Assembly: GCA_023213395.1 (NCBI GenBank)
Contig: CM041465.1
Coordinates: forward strand, 77,383,741-77,447,740
Origin: Cycas panzhihuaensis
Taxonomy: Eukaryota; Plantae; Cycadophyta
Direction of reading: 5' to 3'
DNA: 64,000 nucleotides
Made by a program: the position numbers and the translations under genes. The notes beneath the pieces are model-generated. The model had not been told where the DNA came from. It did no database searches and saw only the letters and a program-made list of their open reading frames with translations. The number at the start of each line of letters is the position of its first letter. Positions within the stretch are counted from its first letter, which is position 1. Shown piece after piece: positions 47,880 through 62,080 of the stretch.

Positions 47880-48769
47880 ATCAACACTAGCACTAAGGAG
47901 CAACTTAAATATATCATTATGGATGACTATTGGGATCAAGAAATAGTAAAGTAAGTGACAACACTCTTCGTGGAGTACAAAGATGTGTTTATATGGTCCT
48001 ATAAGGACCTAAAAGGAATTCCTCTTAAATTAGGATAACATAGAATTGATTTGATAGAAGGTGCCAAAGCAGTTAAACAACTTCCTTATAGTATGAATCT
48101 CAATTATAAAGAGAAAGTTAAAGTCGAGTTAGATAAGATATTTAAAGCATGATATATTTTTGAGGTGGAGAATAACGAATGGATCAACTCAGTTATGGAT
48201 GTCATCCCTATAAGGAATGAAAAATTACATATTTGTGTATATTACAAAGCATTAAATAAAATCATAAAATGTGATTCACTTTACATATTATTTATAGAAG
48301 ATATTCTTGAAAACGTAGCAGGGCACGAGGTATTTTAATTCACTAATGGATTTAATAAATATAACTAAGTTTAAATTACCCTTGAGGACCAATTACAAAC
48401 CATCTTTATCATGAAGAGAGGTATATATACTTATTGAGTTATGCCTTTTAGTCTAACAAATGTACCAACCAATTTTTAATGGGTGATTTTGAATATTTTT
48501 TGGTAAATAATAGAAAAAATGATTGAGTATTTTTAAGATGATTGGATATTATATACTATTCTAAAAAGGTATTTGAATAATTTAAGGTTAATCTTTAAAA
48601 TTTATAGAAGAAGTAATTTGTATTTAAATCTAGAAAAGTATACTTTTATAGTACCTTTTAGTTCACCTTGTGATAAAGGAAGGACTCTTCATAGATCTAA
48701 CTAAAGTTGTAGTCATCCTCAACTTTCTAATGCCAAAGTCTAAAAAAATCTAGAAAATTTTTTAGGTAT
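47880..48769 (+). pseudogene. RT domain of H (interrupted by C2)
   Basis: 'DDYWDQE...EYKDVFIWSYKDLKGIP...HICVYYKALNK...VMPFSLTNVP...F*DDW'. Confidence 0.9.
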
Positions 48770-51700
48770 TGTTAGATATGTTGAACACTTTGCAAGTGTT
48801 ATACAGGAATAGGTGTTATACCTAAGCCACTTTGTGGGGTTTGGGAGCCCGTTGTAGGGCCCTCAACTAGGAGGTTTGGGGCGAATGGCCCTGGCGAGGG
48901 ATTCGTGGTCGAGTCCTTAAGAAAAATTTTTGGGTGTCTTATAGGGGTCTTTATCAGCCCAATAGTTTATGCCCATTATATTGTAAAACTGCAAGGTAGT
49001 ATCTTATAATGTTGTGTCTATATATTCTCATGTAATGGTATATGTAACTTGAAGATGATGATATAGTCATGGATGAGTCAAGGAGAAGAGTTAGGTTCAT
49101 TCATCTCTATAATTCTTTAGTTGTTGCTCAGATTAATAAAAGGTCTATACTTAGACCTAAATCTCTTGGTGTTTTGCATTGAGTGTTTGATTTGTTTATG
49201 TTATTTATTCTTTACATGGTTTAGAGTTTTATTATTACATTGTTTCTTGGTTATATTTTCTCTTCATTTGGTATTAGAGCTAAGGGTTTTCAGTTCTTTG
49301 GGAATCCATTTGGTAAGTGGGAGCTTTATGCAGTGAACTTGAGTGTAAAGATCTTGGTAAGCACTACAAAGATAGAGATTGAAAAGTTTAATGGTCAGAA
49401 TTTTGAGTTGTGGAAGCTAAAGATGGAAGATATCCTTACTAAAAAGGATAAGTGGATCACTATAGCAAGAACAAAACTTGTGACTATGGGTGATGAAAAC
49501 TAGAAGAAGCTTGATTAAAAGGCAATCATCTCGATAAGGTTATGCCTTTCAGACATGGTGTTATTGAATGTTGCCACAGAGTCTATGGCCAAAGATCTAT
49601 GGAGAAAGTTAAAGGCTTTATATCAGACAAAGTCCTTGGTTAATAAGCTATTTTTTCAAAAAAAACTATATTCACTTAGGATGAGTGATGAAGATGCAGT
49701 TGCAGATTATCTCACTATATTTAACACCATGGTGAGCTAGCTTGTTTTAATTGGGATGATAATGTCTAAAGAAAATAAGCATATTATCCTATTATGTTCA
49801 TCTCTTTATTCCTGGGATAATCTTGTGATGATGATTAGCAGCATAGTTGTTGCCACCCTAAAATTTAATGATGTTGTTACTGCTATGTTATCAGAAGATA
49901 CAAGGTAAAAATCTTCTGAGTATTATTCAAAAGAAGCATTAGCAGTGAAAAGTTGAACATTAGATTATGACTAATAAAGGCCTAGGAATAGATAGCCAAA
50001 ATTTAGAGAAAAATCCAAATCTCTAGGTAAAGGACCTTTGGTATGCTGGAGATGTGGGAAGGCTAGTCATATGAAGAGCTAGTATCAAGTCAAGGTAGAC
50101 AAGAGAAAGTCGTGAAACTATTTCTTCCATGGTAACAAAAGCCTTTGATGAAGCTGATGATGATGTTTATTTAGCAACTTCAAGTAAATTTTTAAATGTT
50201 GAGTCTTAGTTAATTAACTTTGGTGCTTCACTTCATGTTACTCACCATAGGGACTGGTTTTTTGAATATACAAGGATTGATGGAGGTGAGGTATTTCTTA
50301 GGGATCATTACCCATATAAAATTGTGGGTTGTGGAAGGGTAAAGGTTTGATTTGGGGATGGAAGGGTTAAAACTATCCCTAATGTGAGTCATATTCTTGG
50401 TTTGGCTATGAGTCTATTATCTATCAGTCAATTAGGTGATGTAGGAATAGAAGTGATCTTTAATAAAGATAGTTACAGAATGGTTCGAGGAGCATTGATA
50501 TTAGTAAGAGGGGTTTGATTTGGAACACTATACAAGCTTGATGCAAGTACATTATGTGCTGGAAGTTGTAGTCCAACTATTATAAAAAGTAGCAATAATG
50601 AAGGTGGGACTCAAATATCACTTACTGGTAAAACTATGCTATGGCATCAAAGATTGGGCCATATTGGAGAGAAAGAGCTCCATGATTTATTCTTTAAAGC
50701 TTTGAAAAAAGACATCTTTGGAATTAATGGATCCTTTGATTTTATTTTTTGTGAGCATTGTATGTATGGTAAACAGAATCGGGTTAGTTTTTCTTTGTTT
50801 GAAGAGACTAAAGGGTATTCTGTAATTGGTGCACAATAATATTTTTGGACCTATTGATGTACCCTCAGTGGGTGGGTCCAAATACTTTATCTCATTCATA
50901 GATGATTTCTTGAGAAAGACATGGCTATACTTTCTTAAGCAGAAATTTGAAGTTTTTAGTAAATTCAAAGAATTCAAGGCCTTGGTTGAGAATTAGAGTG
51001 ATAGGCAGATCAAGGTACTAAGTACTGATAATGGAGGTGAGTTTTGCTCAAAGGAATTTGAGTAGTTCTGTAAGCAGTGTGGGATAGTAAGGCAAAAGAT
51101 AATTTCCTATACGCCATAACAGAATGGAGTTAATGAAAGGATGAACAGGACCTTATTAGAGAGATTGAGGAGTATGCTCAATGCTGTTAGATTAGAGAAG
51201 AAATTTTGAATGGAGGCTGTGATGACTACAAGCTACCTGATCAACAGATCACCAACAATTACCTTAGTATACAAAACACTTGAAGAAGTATGGTGTGGTA
51301 AGAAATCATCTCTTGGTCATCTTAGAATTTTTGGTTGTGAAGCTTTTGTGCATGTTCCTAAATAGCAAAGTACTAAGCTTGATTTTAAAGTACAAAAGAC
51401 TATGTTCATTGGCTATGGTGATGGTGTTAAAGGGTATAAGCTTTATAACCTTGAAACATAAAAGGTTATGTATAGTTGTGATGTTATATTTAGAGAGGAG
51501 TTCAAGTCTCTAAAGCAGGATGAAGAATCAAAGGAGGAACACTCTAAGAAGGTACAATTTAAAGTAAGGGATGAAAATTTTACATTAGAATATGAGTCAA
51601 CTGAAGAGGAAAAACTAGTTATAAAGGTAGCTCAACCTCACCCCCACATCTTTAGAAGATCAACTTGTGAGAGAAGACAACTTGATAGGTATATTTCTGA

Positions 51701-53857
51701 AGACTTTCGTTACTTCTATTTTATTTTATCTATTACAAATGGTGATCTAGTTACTATTTGGGAGGCTCTAGAGTCAAAAGAGAGCCAACTCTGGATGAAG
51801 GCCATATAAGAAGAAATGATGGCCTTGGACAAAAATAATATGTAGGATTTGGTGGATCTACCTAATGGAAAAAAACCTATTGATAATAAATAGATCTTCA
51901 AGAAGAAGTTCTAGGTAGATGATAATGTGGAAAATTTTAAGGCTCTCTTGGTAGCAAAGGGCTATTCCCAAGTCAAGGGAATATATTTTGGTGAGATATT
52001 TTCTCTTATTATAAAAGTTATTTTAATTAGATTTTTGTTGGCTATAATAGTTATCTATGACCTTGAGGTGGATCAAATGGATGTGAAGACTGCATTTCTT
52101 CATAGTGACCTTGAGGAAGAGATTTATATGTTGCAGCCTAAAGGGTTTGAAGTTGCAAGAAAGGAGGATAGAAGAAGTCATTATACGGCTTGAAATAGTC
52201 ACTAAATATGTAGTATCAAAAATTTAATTTACATATATTGGTAGATGGATTTGTGTATATCAAAGTAGATCATTATATTTATTATAAGCAGGTTGGTGAT
52301 CATTTTGTTATTCTGGCTTTATATGTTTATGATATACTTTTAGTTGGTAACAATAAAGGAATGAACCAACTTGTGAAAGACCAACTAGCATCTCACTTTG
52401 AGATGAAGGACCTTAGTACTGCACATTTTATTTTGGGCATTGAGATTAAAAGGGATAGGAGATACAGGAAGATTTGGCTTAGCTAAAGATGGTACATTGA
52501 GACAATATTGTAATGGTTCAGGTTGCAGGATAGTAAACCAGTTAATATTCCTCTTCCTGTTGGTTTAAAATTATTAGCTAAACAATACCCAAAGACTTAC
52601 AAAAAGTTGAAGATATGGCATTTATCCCTTATGCTAGTGTTATTGGTAGCCTGATGTATACAATGGTTTGCATTCAACTAAAAATTGCTCATGCAGTGGG
52701 AGTAGTTAGTAGGTATATGTTAAACCCAAGTAGGGAGCATTGGGTGGCTGTGAAAAGGATTTTTAGGTATCTGTAAGGTACATCAAACTATAGAATTTGT
52801 TATCAAGGAGATCCCATGGAGAGTAGAATAGTGAACCTAAGAGGTTTTGTTGATGTTGATTGGGCCGAAGATCTTAACAACAGAAGATCTATAAGTGGGT
52901 ATGTTTTTACCCTTTATGGTGGTGCATTTAGATGGATGAGTAAAAGACAACAAGTTGTGGTACTTTTTAGCATAGAAATAGAGTATATGACATCTACTCA
53001 TGTGCATAAGGAATTAATTTAGGTACAGATACTATGCACAGATATTGGCTTTAAGCAGGATGCTATAAGGATATATTGTGATAGCCAAAGTGTAATCTAC
53101 CTAGCAAAGAACCCCATTTTTCATGTTCGGTAAAGTATATTGATATGTAATTTTATTTTGTGAGGGAAATGGTTCAAGATCACAAGTTAGATTTGTAAAA
53201 GATTGCTATACAAGAGAATGTTGTAGACTTATTGACTAAGATTATTAGCATAGAAAAATTTAAATAGTGTAGAATTATAATGGGTGTTTGTGATTTGGGC
53301 ATCCTGTAGTTGTGTATGTAGGTTTTTTTTTAAAGTGTTCAATAAGTGGGAGATTGTTAGATATGTTAAACACTTTTCAAGTGTTATATAAGTATAGGCA
53401 TTACACATGAGCTCCTTTATGGGGTTTGGGGGCCCGTTGTAAGGCCCCCAACTAGGAGGTCTGGGGGGCCAATGACCCCCAGGCGGGGGTTCAGGGGTAG
53501 GAGCCTACGAGAAAAAAATTTAGGTGTTTTATAGGGGTCTTTTTCAACCCAATGATTTATGCCCATTGTATTGTAAAATTGTAAGGCAGTATCTTGTAAT
53601 GTTGTGTCTATATATTCTTGTATAACAATAGATGTAACATGAAGATGATGATATAGTCGTGGATGAGTTGAGGAGAAGAGTTGGGGTTCATTCATCTCTA
53701 TAATTCTTTAGCTGTTGTTTAGATTAATAAAAGGTATATGTTTAGAACTGAATCTCTTAGTGTTCTTTGTTAAGTGCTTGATTTGTTTATGTTATTTATT
53801 CTTTGCATGGTTTAGAGTTCTATCATCACATTGCTTCTCAGTTATATTTTCTCTCTA
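48770..53857 (+). mobile_element. C2: full-length degenerate Ty1/copia, Tnt1/Tork-like
   Basis: LTRs 48770-49266 / 53355-53857; perfect TSD GGTAT; PBS TGGTATTAGAGC 49269-49280; PPT AAGTGGGAGA. Motifs 'IEKFNGQNFELWKLKMED', 'LWHQRLGH', 'QMDVKTAFLH', 'GFVDVDWA'. Confidence 0.96.
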
Positions 53858-53862
53858 GGTAT

Positions 53863-55243
53863 GATGTGATATTATTGTAAATTCATTTAAGACTATTTTA
53901 AATTGTCAATCCTTTAATATCTTTTCTTGAGCATAACAATGTGGTAGTGGACCTTAAAACAACAATTGGCATTCGATCTTCTCAAGAAAAAGATAACACA
54001 AGCACCAATACTTTAATTTTGTAAATAGGAAAAACCATTTTATATGTATATAAATGTATTATTGCATGTAATTGGCTATGTAATGACATGACTAAGAGAA
54101 GATAATATTGATTTTCTTGTATATTTTGTTAGTTGAAAACTCATCCAAATAAAATTAAACCATTTTATCATAGAAAGAGAAGGATTAAGAATGATCTTTG
54201 CCTTGCAAAAAATTTTGGCATTATTTATTAAAAAATAATTTTGTGTTATATGTAGATCATTAAGTATTATAATATTTAATTAAAAATTCAATTTTTAGGG
54301 ATGAATGAGTCATTAGTTGATGTTATTTCAAGAGTTCACATTTAAGATAATTATACAAAAGGGAGAAAATCATATTATTCTAGACCAACTACCCCAAATT
54401 AATAGAGGTGAAGCAATAACATGAATAATAGATAATTTTTTAGATCATAAGTTGTTTACAATTGAGGTGATATTAGTCTAGTATAAAGGAATTACTGAAT
54501 ATCTAATAATAGAATAGACACTAGTTAGATTAGATTAAGCAAGGCAAAAGAATTTTATAAGAAAATCTTTTCCTTTATAAGTAATGGTATGTTGTATAAG
54601 TTATTTTACAATATGAAGTGCAAGCTATGTTAAGAGAAGTGCATGAAGGAGTAGCATCTAGTCATCATAGAAGCAAGAGCATTATACAAAAGATTTTGTT
54701 GGTAGGTATATGATGGCCTACATTGTTTGAAGATATAAAAGAGTGGGTGAAATCTTGTGATACTTGTTAGTGCATAGGAAAATACTCTAAATAACACTTC
54801 ATACACTTATATCCAATTCTGGTAAGATCTCTATTTGAGAAATAGAGGTTGGTCTTCATTGATCTAATTAGTCTACCATCACAAAGAACAAATATTCAAT
54901 ATATTTATGATAGAAAGAGTACAATCAAGTTTTTGTATGAGGTAATCATTATTCAACTTGAGTTCCCATTGGTGATAATATTAGACCAAGGAAGTAGTTT
55001 TTTAAATTAGATTATCGAACACCTGACATCTAAATTTTTAATACAACATCATAAATCTTCTATATATTACCTAAGGGATAATGATCAAGTGGAAAGTATA
55101 AATAAAATTTTAAAGATTACATTAATAAAAATGCATAATACACATTGAATAGAGTGGGTAGAGACTACATTTAGTACTTTGGGTAGACTAAACAACAAAG
55201 AAACATATTCATAAAGAGACACTATTTTAGTTAGTATATGGAC
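53863..55243 (+). pseudogene. RT connection, RNase H and integrase core of H
   Basis: 'PFYMYINV' (RNase H), 'LDQGSSFLN', 'HHKSSIYYLRDNDQVESINKIL'. Confidence 0.8.
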
Positions 55244-58200
55244 TATTGGGATAATATCCACATTAGGGTGATAACCCATATCTTAGAGGTGGATCACTTG
55301 TCAGGTGTTTTTCAATGCCAAGTGGTGGTAGACCTTGAGAGATGTGCCAAACCCTCTCAGTCCTACCTATATATACATGGGGTTTGAAGACTCTAGTATT
55401 CATAATTACCACCCCTCTCATAGATCATATCTATCTCTTATTGCTCCTATATTTCCTCATTTGTATTTTATTCTTGATAATCCATTAGTTGCTATCAAAG
55501 CTCTAGGTTCCCATTCACTTCTACTACCTCTCATTCATTTAGTGATTCCATTCTAAATATGTCTTTAATATGGATATGACCAATGCATTTGCTAATATTA
55601 AAAGACATTCTTAGTTATTTGTGTATGTGTAGTTCATAACTTTATTTACATTTGTTGATAAATATCTTATTACATCCTCATTAAATTTTATGCATTAGGT
55701 CAAAATTATGCTAAATATTTAACTAGATATGTATATCTCTTAGCCTCATTTAAAGGTCTAGGCACCTATTATCATTGTGTTTGAGATAAATGTCTATTTG
55801 TATAAAGAGTTTACATGTTTATTTGAAAGTTATGGTCTGAGGTTTGTGTCTTTGTTTAAAGTACACTTGTTTGAACATTTGAGATAAATATCTCTATGTG
55901 AATTAATATTCACATCACTCATTTTCTAAATGTCTATTTTTATTTATTGTGTGCAACATTTGATTTTCTTTAGCATTTGTTTTTTGTGTAAGTGAAGTAT
56001 GAGCAGTCAAGACTAGTCTATGTTGATTGCTTTAGAGAGTCTAACATTTTGCATGTTATTCTATATCATGTAATTTATCTCTATTTGGCTAGCTTAGAGG
56101 GTTGTTTACTTGAGAAGTCTATCTCTATGGCATACTTAGTCATCCTTATTTAATATTTTGTATTTGCATTAAAAATTCTAGTTGAATGCATCATTCATTC
56201 ATGTAAGTGGTAGCTTCTCATTATCTAATCTACATTTATACTTTTGCTTATGTACTTCCATCTAATGTCTCATCCATAGTGTACCCATCTTCATGTGACT
56301 TTATTTTCATATCTTCATTCTAATGCTTGGCCGATATGGATAGGATCACCCATCTAATTGACTTGTATTTTAATTTACACTTATATTCAAGTGTATTTTA
56401 AAGGCACAAATACTTGTATCTTGTTTATTTTTCTCTAAGTCAAGGTTCTCGCTTAATCATTTTTACAAACAATATATTTTGCCTCGACTATGTACACATT
56501 CTGTCTCATCTACAAATATATTTGATTAGACCAGCTAGCCCCAGTTTATCCTTTTAAATTCATCCCATCTCCTCATCTTATTGATATTTTAATTTGGACA
56601 AATAGGTGGGAAGTTCACAGTACACAAAGTCCTATCAAATGGCTCTAATAATACATATTTTTAATCAATAATTATGCATTACACTTTATTGTGCAGGTGA
56701 GAAAATAGAGTGTATAATTTAAAATCAGTTAAAATCATTATCTATTTAAGCATTTAATGCTTTTAAAAATTTTAATTATATTTTATATTCTATGGAGTTT
56801 CCTACTTGCATCCTCTTTTTTATTCAACCTATAGGTCACATATAACACCCAAGTGATAAGGGGTCATCTTTTTAAAGGGGCTTAACTATTTTTTCAAAGA
56901 TCTTGTATCATCTCAAGCACTTGTTTCTATTTCAATGAGTATAATTATTATATGTAGGGCTAGTTTTAAGATCTTCCAGCTTTAGAATGATCTTTATTTC
57001 TACCTAAATGAAATTAGTGCTCACATGTTTATATTAGGTTTATATTTATCAATCTATTTAATGAGTTAAAGTTGATGAAAACTTTTTAATATAGTTTATA
57101 TACCAAGGGCTCTTTATTAAATTTTGACATCTTTATACCATTTAAAATATAATTTTGTCATAAGGTATTAGAATCAAGTGTTATTTAAAGTGTTGGATTC
57201 ATATTTTAATTTTTGATAGATTGAATGGTCTTCTTCTAATTATTTTTAAAATCATTTGATGTATTATTTTTGTGTTCAAAGTCGATGCTAGTTTGTGGGC
57301 TTCTTGTATGTTAACCTTTAAATAAATTTAGCAAAATTTTATTTTGTGGTCATAATTTAATACAAATTTTCATCTTAGAGGATGTTGAGTCTTAATTAGA
57401 ACACTTGTGTATGTTTTAAAGTTGAAGGAGGATAATTTAGTTTATGTTTTAAGTATATTTTATTACCTTGTTTAAGTCTATTTTTAGTCCTTCATCAAAG
57501 CATTTTATCTTTTCAAAATAGTTTTATTTTATGGGAATTTTTTTTATCATGGCTTCTTGCACAAGTAATATAATGGTACCTAAGTTTGATGGTACCAATT
57601 TTTTAAATTGGAGTCATAGGATGAAGTCTATTTTTATATCAAAAGATGTAGAATTTAATTAAAAATAGATGTGTTACACTTAATTCTAATTCTACTACAG
57701 AATGAAAATAAGACATCTAAGGAAAATAAAAAAAAGGATAATGAAGCCTTGGCATTCATGTTCTATGTATTTGATGGCCACATCTTCCTTAGAGTCAATG
57801 AGGCAATTACATCAAAAGAGGTATAGAATTATGAAAGAGTTAGTACATCAAAATTTCAAACACAAAGTAGAAAATTTAAAAATTTTAGGATGAACAACAA
57901 TGAGAAAATAAATTATTTCATAACTAAGGTACAAGGCTTAATTAATCATATGAAAAATTAAAAAAAAATTATTAATGAACAAAGAGTGGTAAAAAAAAAT
58001 CTAAGATGTGTTAGTGATATTAAGAGAGTTGAAATAGTAGTTACAAGCATAGAGATCTCTAAGGCCTAACAACACTCAAGATTGATAAACTTAGTACTAT
58101 GTTAATTATAGTTGAAAAGAAAAAGAGTGGTAGTGAGTTATTAGAATATGCATTTATCAATAATATAAAGATTAGGACATCTTATAAAGGCTAAAGGTTT

Positions 58201-61200
58201 AGGGAAAAGGGTCAATCTCTTAGAGAAAGTGAATAAAATTTTAGAAATTAAAGGTAATTTCATCAAAGATAAGATTAAGTTTATCAAGATTAAGGTTAAG
58301 GACAAGATTAAAGTTAAATAGAATTCTATCAATGCTAATTTAATTAAGGTTAAGGACAAGGTTTTGGATTTTAATGAAGAGGTAGATAATAAAGTCTAAG
58401 GGGAAGGAATCAAGGATAAATAAGAAGAGTCTTAGAGGTATAGGAATAATATAATATTTCTATTATCATAAAAATGAATATTTAGATATTAATTATTTCA
58501 TAAAATAGTTTAATATATAAAAAGGATTAGTTAATATAGTAATTGAAGAACCAAGGTAGAATGAAAGACTATTTCTATCAAGTCTTATAGCTAATGAATA
58601 AAAGGATAGTTAGTACATAGATTTACGATACTCTATTGATATGACATAGGAAAGAATGTTTTAAGGAGTTAGATAGTACTAAAAATACAAAAGTAATTTT
58701 TAGTATAATACTACTCAAACAATAATAAATAAAAGAAATATAGCCATCTAAATAATTTTTGGAGAGACTAAGTATATTAATGATATACTTCATGTTCTTA
58801 CACTTTAAAAAAATTTACTATCATTTGGATAAATGATGGAGAAAAAGTAAAAAGTTATCTTTGCTAATGCCACTAAGGACAAGTTGAGGAATAAGGTAAT
58901 AGTTGCTAAGGGTTAAATGACTAGTGGCAGATTATTTAAGTGAGTCATACCCCTAATTGACTATTATACCTTAAAGGTATCAATTCTTGTGGATAATATG
59001 ATTTAACATAAAAGATTTGGTCATGTGAATTATAATAACTTATCATTAATAAAAAAGATAGAAATTATGGTTGGTATACCTAAAATTAAACATGAAAAAG
59101 AAGTATATGAAGGTTGTATTCTAAGCAAATAACATAGGGAAGGATTTTTTAATGATAGTCATAAGGTAAATGGGCCTCTTCAACTAGTGTACACAGATCT
59201 ATACAGGCCAATGGATGTATCTTTACTTAGAGAATCTAAGTATTTTATAATTTTTATTGATGATTTTACAAAAATGATATGGGTTTATTTTTTCAAGTTT
59301 AAGTTAGATGCACTTCAATTCTTTATAGATTTCAAAGTCATGTTTGAAAGATAAAGTAGGTATAAAATATTAATTCTTAGGTAAAATGGGCATAAAGTAT
59401 TAACCTTTAAATTAAATAATAGAAGAGAATTTATTTCAAATCAATTCAAGGACTATTAGAAATATTATGGGATAAGAAAGTAACTTACTAACCCTTAAAC
59501 CCTTTAATAAAATAGGGTAGCATAAAAGAAAATTAGAATCATTATTAGGATGGCTAGTAACATGTTTAAGGATAAGCATTTTATCAATGAGTATTGGGTA
59601 AAAGTTATACATATAGATATTTACTTATAAAATAAATGCATAATTAAGGTAGTAAGATAGGTCATACTTGTGGAAGTTTAGATAAGACATAAATTAAGTA
59701 TTAAACACTTATAAGTTTTTAGGTGTATAGTATATACACATGCGTATATCTAATTATGCATAAATAAATGCATAATTAGATATTTACTTATTAAATAAAT
59801 TCATAATTAAGGTAGTGAGATGGGTCATACTTGAGGAAGCTTGGATAAGTCATAAACTAACTATTAAATATTTATGAGTTTTTGGGTACATAGCATATGC
59901 ATATATTCTAGAATAAAGAAGAACAAACTTAAATGATAAAAATACTAAGTATAAATTTATATGATATAGCGATACATCAAGATCCTATAAATTATATAAC
60001 CCCATAGGTAAAAGAATTATCACGAGTAGAGATATCATCTTTAATAGGGATGAATTTTATCATGAGAAATTTACTAAAAAATATAAAGATAAATGTATTA
60101 TGTTTGATATGGATTTTAATTTAAGTGGTATAAATGTACCTAGTACAAGTGAAGTAGGTCCAGCCACTTTAAATCCAAGGGTTCTAAAATAGGTGCAAAG
60201 GGATCACAATCTTCAAAATATTTTAGACATAGTTTAAGAGAAGAATGATAAGATGTTAAAGGGTAAATTTTACATTAATAACTCAAGTTATAGAGTCAAA
60301 TGAGCTTTAATATTTTGAAGGGATAAATAGCCAAGTTGAATGGAAAGATATAATAAATGAAGAATATAATGCCCTAGTCAAGAATGACACTTAGGAGTTA
60401 GTTGATTTATCACCAAGAAAGAATGTCATTGGAATAAAATATGTCTACAAGACCAAGTATAAGTTAGATAGTTTTATTAATAAATATAAGAAATGATTAG
60501 TTATAAAAGATTATACTTAAGTTGAAGGCATAGACTATAATAAGACATTTGTATGGGTTATAGGGTTGGAAATAGTTAGATTAATCATGGTTTTAGTTTT
60601 AATATAGGGTTAGATAGTCTATCATATGGATGTGAAGAGTGTCTTATTAAATAGATATGTTGATGAGGAGAGATATATCAAATAACCTAAGGGATTTGAA
60701 GTTAAGGGAAAGCAAGACAAGGTTTATAAATTGAAAAAGACTTTGTATGGACTTAAACAAATGTCTAGAATATGGTATAATAAGATTGATAAATACTTTA
60801 AGAATAAAGGATTCCAAGGACCGAATTGAATCCTAATTTATATATAAAGTTGGAAGAAATCTCAATATTGATTATGGGCTTATATATGGATGACCTAGTA
60901 TATATATTATGAATTGTGATTTCATATCTTGAAAGTTTAAGAAAGATATATGTAGAGTTTGAAATGATAGATTTAGGACTTAATGCATTATTTTTTAGGC
61001 ATTAAAGTATGGTAGGATGAAAATAAGATATTCACATCAAAAAGAAAATACTATTTAGATATGCTACACATATTCAACATGGATAATTACAAGACACTTA
61101 CAACACCAAAAAAAGTTGGGTTAAAATTATTTAGAAGTTTAAATTAGTTGACCTTACACTTAATAAATATTTGATTTCAAGTATTGTTTATTTGACTTCA

Positions 61201-62075
61201 ACTTAATTAGATATTATATATATAGTTAATGTGGTTTTTAAGTTTGTGCATGAGCCTAGAGTAAATATTGGAAAGCAATAAAAATGATTCTCAAGTATAT
61301 CAAAGGAACCATTGGGTATGGTCTATATTATAGGTCATTAGGGGATTATAGGTTGATTAGTTATATAGACTCAGACTATGTAGGTTGTGTAAATGGCAGG
61401 AATCTTACTTTAGATTATACATTTAGTTTAGGTTCAAAAAAAGTAATAGAGTTCAAAGAAGTAGGTAATAGTATCCCTCTCTATTGTAGAAGCTAAGTAC
61501 AAGGTACTTGTAGTAGGAGCCAGTGAGATAGTTTGGCTTAGGAGATTACTTCAAGATTTAAAAGAGGAGCATATTGGTCCCACACAACTATTTTGTGATA
61601 ATCAAAGTATAATTCATATGATTAAAGCATATAGAAACACATCACTTTATTAAAGAGTTAGTGTAATAAGGACAGTTGGACTTGGTCTATTATAACACAG
61701 AGGATCATATGGCAGATATGGAACAAAGGATAATATGTTCTATATTTTTATAAAGGTACTTGGTAAAATAAAATTTATTAAATTCAAAGACAAGTTTAGA
61801 GTGTTCCTACATGGGCATTATAAGGGATAAATATTCTAATAATGTCTATATTAGGGCAATAATCTATATCTTAGAGGTAGCTCACTTGTCTAGTATTTAT
61901 CAATTCTAGGTGATGGCATACCTCAAAAGATATGCCAAACCCTCTTAGTCCTACTTATATATTCATGGGATCCAAAGACCATAGTATTCATAAATACCAC
62001 CCCCCTCACAGATAATATTTGTCTCTTCTTTCTTTTGTATTCAATCATTTGTATTTTGTACTTGATAATCCATCA
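55244..62075 (+). mobile_element. C3: full-length, very degenerate Ty1/copia with a ~2-kb leader, inserted in the H integrase
   Basis: 244-bp LTRs 55244-55487 / 61832-62075; perfect TSD TGGAC; PBS TGCTATCAAAGC 55490-55501. gag ATG at 57549 ('MASCTSNIMVPKFDGTNFLNWSHRMKS'); motifs 'LQLVYTDL', 'HMDVKS', 'YIDSDYVG'. Confidence 0.93.
59615..59910 (+). repeat. Direct duplication (163-bp offset) in the C3 integrase with a 16-bp-stem hairpin at the junction
   Basis: agatatttacttat at 59615 and 59778; ATATCTAATTATGCAT-aaataa-ATGCATAATTAGATAT at 59746-59783. Confidence 0.85.
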
Positions 62076-62080
62076 TGGAC

